A stretch of DNA of 64,000 nt. Origin: Amoeboaphelidium protococcarum X5 (taxonomy: Eukaryota; Fungi; Aphelidiomycota). The translations under genes and the position numbers were made by a program. The stretch covers positions 781,834-845,833 of the forward strand of contig JALDTO010000213.1 of the NCBI GenBank assembly GCA_023515725.1. The letters run 5' to 3'. Positions within the stretch are counted from its first letter, which is position 1. The number at the start of each line of letters is the position of its first letter. Positions 54,791 to 64,000 of this stretch are shown here, piece by piece. Below the pieces are notes generated by a model. That model saw nothing but the letters and a program-made list of their open reading frames with translations, ran no database searches and was not told the origin of the DNA.

Positions 54791-57706
54791 ATGTCTGATA
54801 GTAAGGGTGATAACAATAGTATCCGGAATACCTCCAATCCGTACCGCTTATCTGACGGATCCGTGATAATGTCACCTACTGATATGATGTCCTATTACAA
54901 TGTGAAGCAGTAGGATGACAATGACGCGTCAATGAGGCGCAGCGATCAGAATAATAATAGTATACCAATTTCTAATGGATCTGAACACGCGGTACTGGAT
55001 CCTTCTAGATCAATGAAGTCTGCGGTGAAAGTCTAATTTGTCGACGACGATACAATTAAACGCCACAGTGGCCCCAACAATAATCAAGCAACGCGCGTCC
55101 AGCCACTTGTGAAATAATTGTAGTAGCAGTAGTAGTAAAGTAGTACTCAGAGTAAGATTGACAATATGAACGCGCCTTCAGATGCTCATTAGTAGCAGTA
55201 ATTGCGTCCTCTCAGCACTGTCATAGAAGTCAACCTCAATGATGGTGATCGCTAGTAATCTGCTGATGAAGATGAGTCTTATGATGAACCAGTTATTATA
55301 CCGTCGCCTCATGCATAGCCGCGATTTCCACCACCAGACAGTCCGTACCCAGAATCCTTGGCCACGCTGGGTAGTAGCGGTGGTGGTAGCGATTGTGAGA
55401 CTGGCTCTGTGAACACGAAAGTGCATTCTCCAAAGTTGGCTAATATGGTGTAAAATGGTGCTGCTAATGCTGATGCTCAGTCTGATTACTCAAAGAAGAG
55501 ACCTCCTTTTGTGTAGAGATACAAGGTTTGCCTAATCATATCAGGTATTCTGTTCCTATTCTTCATCATAGCGGTAGTGCTATGTATCATATTCTTTCGC
55601 TAGATTGGACAGGCGTTCGTCAATGGTAGTAGAGTAGACTTTTATGATATCAAAATTGTGCGTCCGGATGAGACTGGATTCACGGCTCAGGTGAGAGGGC
55701 GTATCAGTAATGCTGGCCCGATCAATGCCAAAACATCCCCAATGAATGTCACTATTCAGTATGAAGGATATGATCTTGGCTGGATGGAGATGCCGGCCAT
55801 CAACCTCAAGATGGGAGCCGCTGATATTGAGATGGAATCACGTATGACGCTGAGTAATAAGACTGCGTTTGTACAGTGTAATGCTGATTTGATGAAGAGA
55901 GAGTCTTTCACGTGGAGACTGATGGGCCTCACCGACGTGTCTGTTATGGATATGATTTCTCTGAGTTAATTGACTTTTGATAAATCTGTTGCATTGTAAG
56001 GGATGAATGGTTTCCCTGGACTTACTGTGAGTTACATGGACATGAAGGGTGATAACAAGACTATCAATACTACCATCAGTGCTGATTTGGTCAATAAGTC
56101 TCCAGTTTCGATTGAAATGGGAACCATGATGCTAGATATGTATTACGCAGGCAGATTACTGGGATCTGTGAATACCACGGTGGATATGTTAAACACTGGA
56201 TCTAATCCAATGAACTTCACTGGATTTTTGACCAAGCCTCCAGAAGGATAGAACAGTGACCATTTCTCTTAAATGTTCTCCAACTACGTGTCTGGTCAAG
56301 ATTCAATTGTGGCGTGTGTCGGTACTGGATTTATTGGTCGTAACAATAACACACCATCATGGCTGGTTGCCACCATCAAGGCTATGAATATGACTGTGGT
56401 GTTGCCGCCTGGATAGAATTTGGAGCTTATCACATCGCTGAATGCCTCTGGTATAGATATGAATTTCAATACCGGAAGCTACTAGAAGCCGAGTATATCC
56501 GCATCCAGTATTAAGGCTGGTATTAAGATTCCTTTTGATTTCCCAGTGCAAGTGCTCGAAAGTCGTCAAGCTGTCCAAGTCTTTAATGGCGCTAATATTA
56601 TTGGCACCATGAAGACTGATTGGGCGAATACTTCCAACGCGGAGGATCCTAATCAAATCTCAACTTATATTCCAGAGAGCACTTTATACGTAGATGATGA
56701 TCAGGTGGAACCATTTGCTGACTTTCTGAAGGAGCTCTTCATCACTGAAGGCAAGAATTATACTTTTAAGGGAACCGCTGATATGGTGGCAGAAACAGCT
56801 GTGGGTACTTTGACTCTAACTGGAATTAATTTTGCCTAATCACTCTACTCCAAAGGTATGCTCTGCCTTAGACCGTACAGTATCGAGAATGGACGCGTCT
56901 CTAATCCCACAATTCACAATACTACGGTGGTGAAGGGATTGAGTGATCAGATTTGGATGCAGAACTACATTACTTTGTACAGCGCGTCGGATGTGGTCGT
57001 TCATATGGGTGATGTCACGCTAGATGTCCTAGCTGAGGGTGAAAAGATTGGATACACGATGCTCAAGAATCTTACGCTCCATCAGGGTGAGAACAATATC
57101 ACGTGCTATACATACTTCCAGCCTGTTAGTGATGTGTAGAAAGAGAAGGGTATGAAGTTGATCAATAGTTTTATGAACCGAAAAGCTATGGAAACTTCAA
57201 TGCGTGGCACAGCATCAAATTCTACTCAGAACCCTCTGCTCAAATCTTCCATTGGTGAGCTGTATCTTACTGCTCCATATCCTGGACTTCCAGATAAGCT
57301 GGTACAGGAAGGCAATATGAAGATTAATCCTTTCACTTCACCATTTAACAAGCAGGCTAAGGCGTCATTTAGAACGGAGAATCCATTCATGGACTCTATG
57401 ACTCTGCTCAAGTTTAAGGCTGATATCACAAAAGATGGACGACCTATGGGTAGTGTTGATGTTGTGCTTGACGGATCGGATGGATAGCCTCCAGTTATTG
57501 TTCCAGCTCAAAGTACTATCGACACTCCATTCTTCAAAGTGATGTTAGATGATCCGCTCAGTGGACAGTCTATTGGTTCAATGTTTAAGGGAATGGTTGG
57601 TAGATTAAATGTTAATGTCACGTCGCATATCGAGGCTAAACTTGGAGATTATCCTATGAGCGTTGAGTATCTTGATGAAAGTTTAAATACTGATATCAGT
57701 CTTTGA
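54791..57706 (+). CDS. Type II membrane protein with tandem DUF3712/LEA2-like beta domains (Tag1-like)
   Basis: Disordered N-terminus, one TM helix (VCLIISGILFLFFIIAVVLCIIFF), repeated N.GP/NKSP..IEMG..L..Y.G..LG and KSV.LQGMNGFP motifs; 972 codons. Confidence 0.75.
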
Positions 57707-57853
57707 TTGATTCACCTACTGACTGACTGAAATGAATAGTGATTACTAACCAGTAGAATAAGAGATAATTTAGATGGGTTCAATTGGTAAATTCACATTT
57801 TCAATTCCATACATAAAGCTTGCTGTTAAAATGTCCTAGAGATCCTAATTAAT

Positions 57854-62269
<4,416 letters not shown>

Positions 62270-62805
62270 CTCTTAATAATTCAGATAGATTGTCGATGTT
62301 GTTGTCAATATAAAGATGACCAAACCAAGATATTTACTTCCACTTGAATATAAATGTTAGAGCAGAATAACGGGTGAAGTTTACTGTAAAAGACGCGAAG
62401 TGGGTGAGTGTCAGAAGAAAGATCGCTCTGAATTTGAAACGGAAACAACGCGGAACGAGACAAAGCTAGTAACAGTACAATACAGTGTTAGCTTGATATA
62501 CAGTAGACCTTAAACTTTATGAATGAAGCAAAACAAATTATGCGATATAATTAAATAGAGGTATTTATACCCTTGTTAAGCAGTGGGATGGAAAAGTCTC
62601 TGAGCCTGTGGTAATGCGATTAGATTATCATTTTGGCCCTTCAACAACGCGTTTCGTATGATCTTCATTCAACTTGAGTTTAAGCTGAATATTATATTGA
62701 CAAGGAAGTAATAACGTTGAAAATGAAATAACTTTAAGTATAGAATGCAATTTATATCACTGTACATATCATTATTATAATTACATGCAAATTTCAGTAC
62801 GAATA

Positions 62806-63290
62806 TCAAATAGTTTTTAACAAATCTTCCAAATGACTTCTCAACTCACCCAGTTACCAGCGGTGATTGTGATGCTGCAAACATTTATCAATGAGCAATT
62901 GCAGTTGGCTGGCATGCTGAGCAAAAGCTCCTTTCCACTACACCGAGGTAAAATCAAACGAGTAATACTGCATTTCAATAGGAGTGATATCTAGAGTTTC
63001 CTCTGCTAGCTGCCACTACAACTCAATTTGCCTCAACAATTCCGCTCTGTGTGCATTAACCAGATCCCAGGTGGAACTTTCACTAGTGAGTCCAAGTATC
63101 ATGACACCGAATAGCCATAAGTCGTGATTAGCATGAGAGCGACTCTCAGGTGCTTTGTCGTGTGCATTTTCGAGTTTGGGAGACACACAGTCTAAAGGCG
63201 TAGCCTAATCATAATCTATCAGCGTCACAGTATCTTCAGACTTCCAACAGATGTTTCGCGCGCAAATATCGCAATGACAAATGCGGTGTT
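62806..63290 (-). pseudogene. 5'-truncated protein-kinase C-lobe
   Basis: ICHCDICARNI, LIDYD, KAPE, HDLWLFGVMI, LIDKCL..R, ending TGA 62806-62808. Upstream sequence is the tandem array, with no convincing N-lobe in frame. Confidence 0.65.
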
Positions 63291-64000
63291 CACCATTATC
63301 ACGCTGGGAACTCCCGGTAAAGCACAGTCTCTTATTTAATTCTTGGCAATTGATGAAGCTAGCACTTATTTACACTAGAAATTACATTCAGCGAAGTGCT
63401 GCTGTCTGAATTGTAGTTGTTACTTTTAACCGTAATTTCTCCGGTCGCCTCATGATCTAACCGTAAAATTTACGCTTCACCATTATCACGCTGGGAACTC
63501 CCGGTAAAGCACAGTCTCTTATTTAATTCTTGGCAATTGATGAAGCTAGCACTTATTCATACTAGAAATTACATTCAACGAAGTGCTGCTGTCTGAATTG
63601 TAGTTGTTACAGCTAACCGTAATTTCTCCGGTCGCCTCATGATCTAACCGTAGAATTTACGCTTCACCATTATCGCGGTGGGAACTCCCGGTAAAGCACA
63701 GCTGCGGAGTACTCTCCACTGAGACGATCAGTTTAACTCATTCATACTAGAAATTCCATTCAGCGAAGTGCTGCTGTCTGAATTGTAGTTGTTACTTTTA
63801 ACCGTAATTTCTCCGGTCGCCTCATGATCTAACCGTAGAATTTACGCTTCACCATTATCGCGGTGGGAACTCCCGGTAAAGCACAGCTGCGGAGTACTCT
63901 CCACTGAGACGATCAGTTTAACTCATTCATACTAGAAATTACATTCAACGAAGTGCTGCTGTCTGAATTGTAGTTGTTACAGCTAACCGTAATTTCTCCG
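63289..64000. repeat. Tandem array of 185-187 bp units (3 complete + 1 partial; runs off the window end)
   Basis: Units start at 63289, 63476, 63663 and 63848 with ttcaccattatc; about 150 bp nearly identical between units. Confidence 0.97.

Noticed and set aside
63289-64000. CRISPR array
   Set aside because: The constant part is about 150 bp, cassettes are duplicated rather than unique, no cas genes are present, and the context is eukaryotic.
63289-64000. 5S rRNA, tRNA or coding tandem repeat
   Set aside because: Only a short gggaactcccggt resemblance to the 5S 3' end, with no internal control region or cloverleaf. Unit lengths 187 and 185 are not multiples of 3, and the minus-strand frames I read contain TGA. 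The 'HEATGEITVK' similarity to a kinase N-lobe is too weak to call.

Overview
Gene-dense eukaryotic nuclear DNA: about 36 protein-coding genes in 64 kb, with short GT-AG introns. The supplied ORF track is fragmented because this genome does not use the standard code. In-frame TAA and TAG fall on conserved glutamines in several conserved proteins (UBC12, G-alpha, TM9SF, VPS26, ArfGAP1, CYS3, DBP3, SRP54), and every complete gene model I built ends in TGA (translation table 6). That code together with a fungus-like gene set plus parvin best fits the aphelid Amoeboaphelidium protococcarum, where TAR=Gln is already known; the organism assignment is my inference. All CDS coordinates below are hand-read in table 6 and span introns. 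Other points of interest are a near-invariant TGTAG intron acceptor, a frameshifting deletion in CYS3, an intron-containing and an intronless GNA1 paralog, and several unusual domain architectures. At the right end, a 185-187 bp tandem array with a constant scaffold and swappable 34-36 nt cassettes abuts a 5'-truncated kinase. I saw no tRNA, rRNA, CRISPR array or recognisable transposase.
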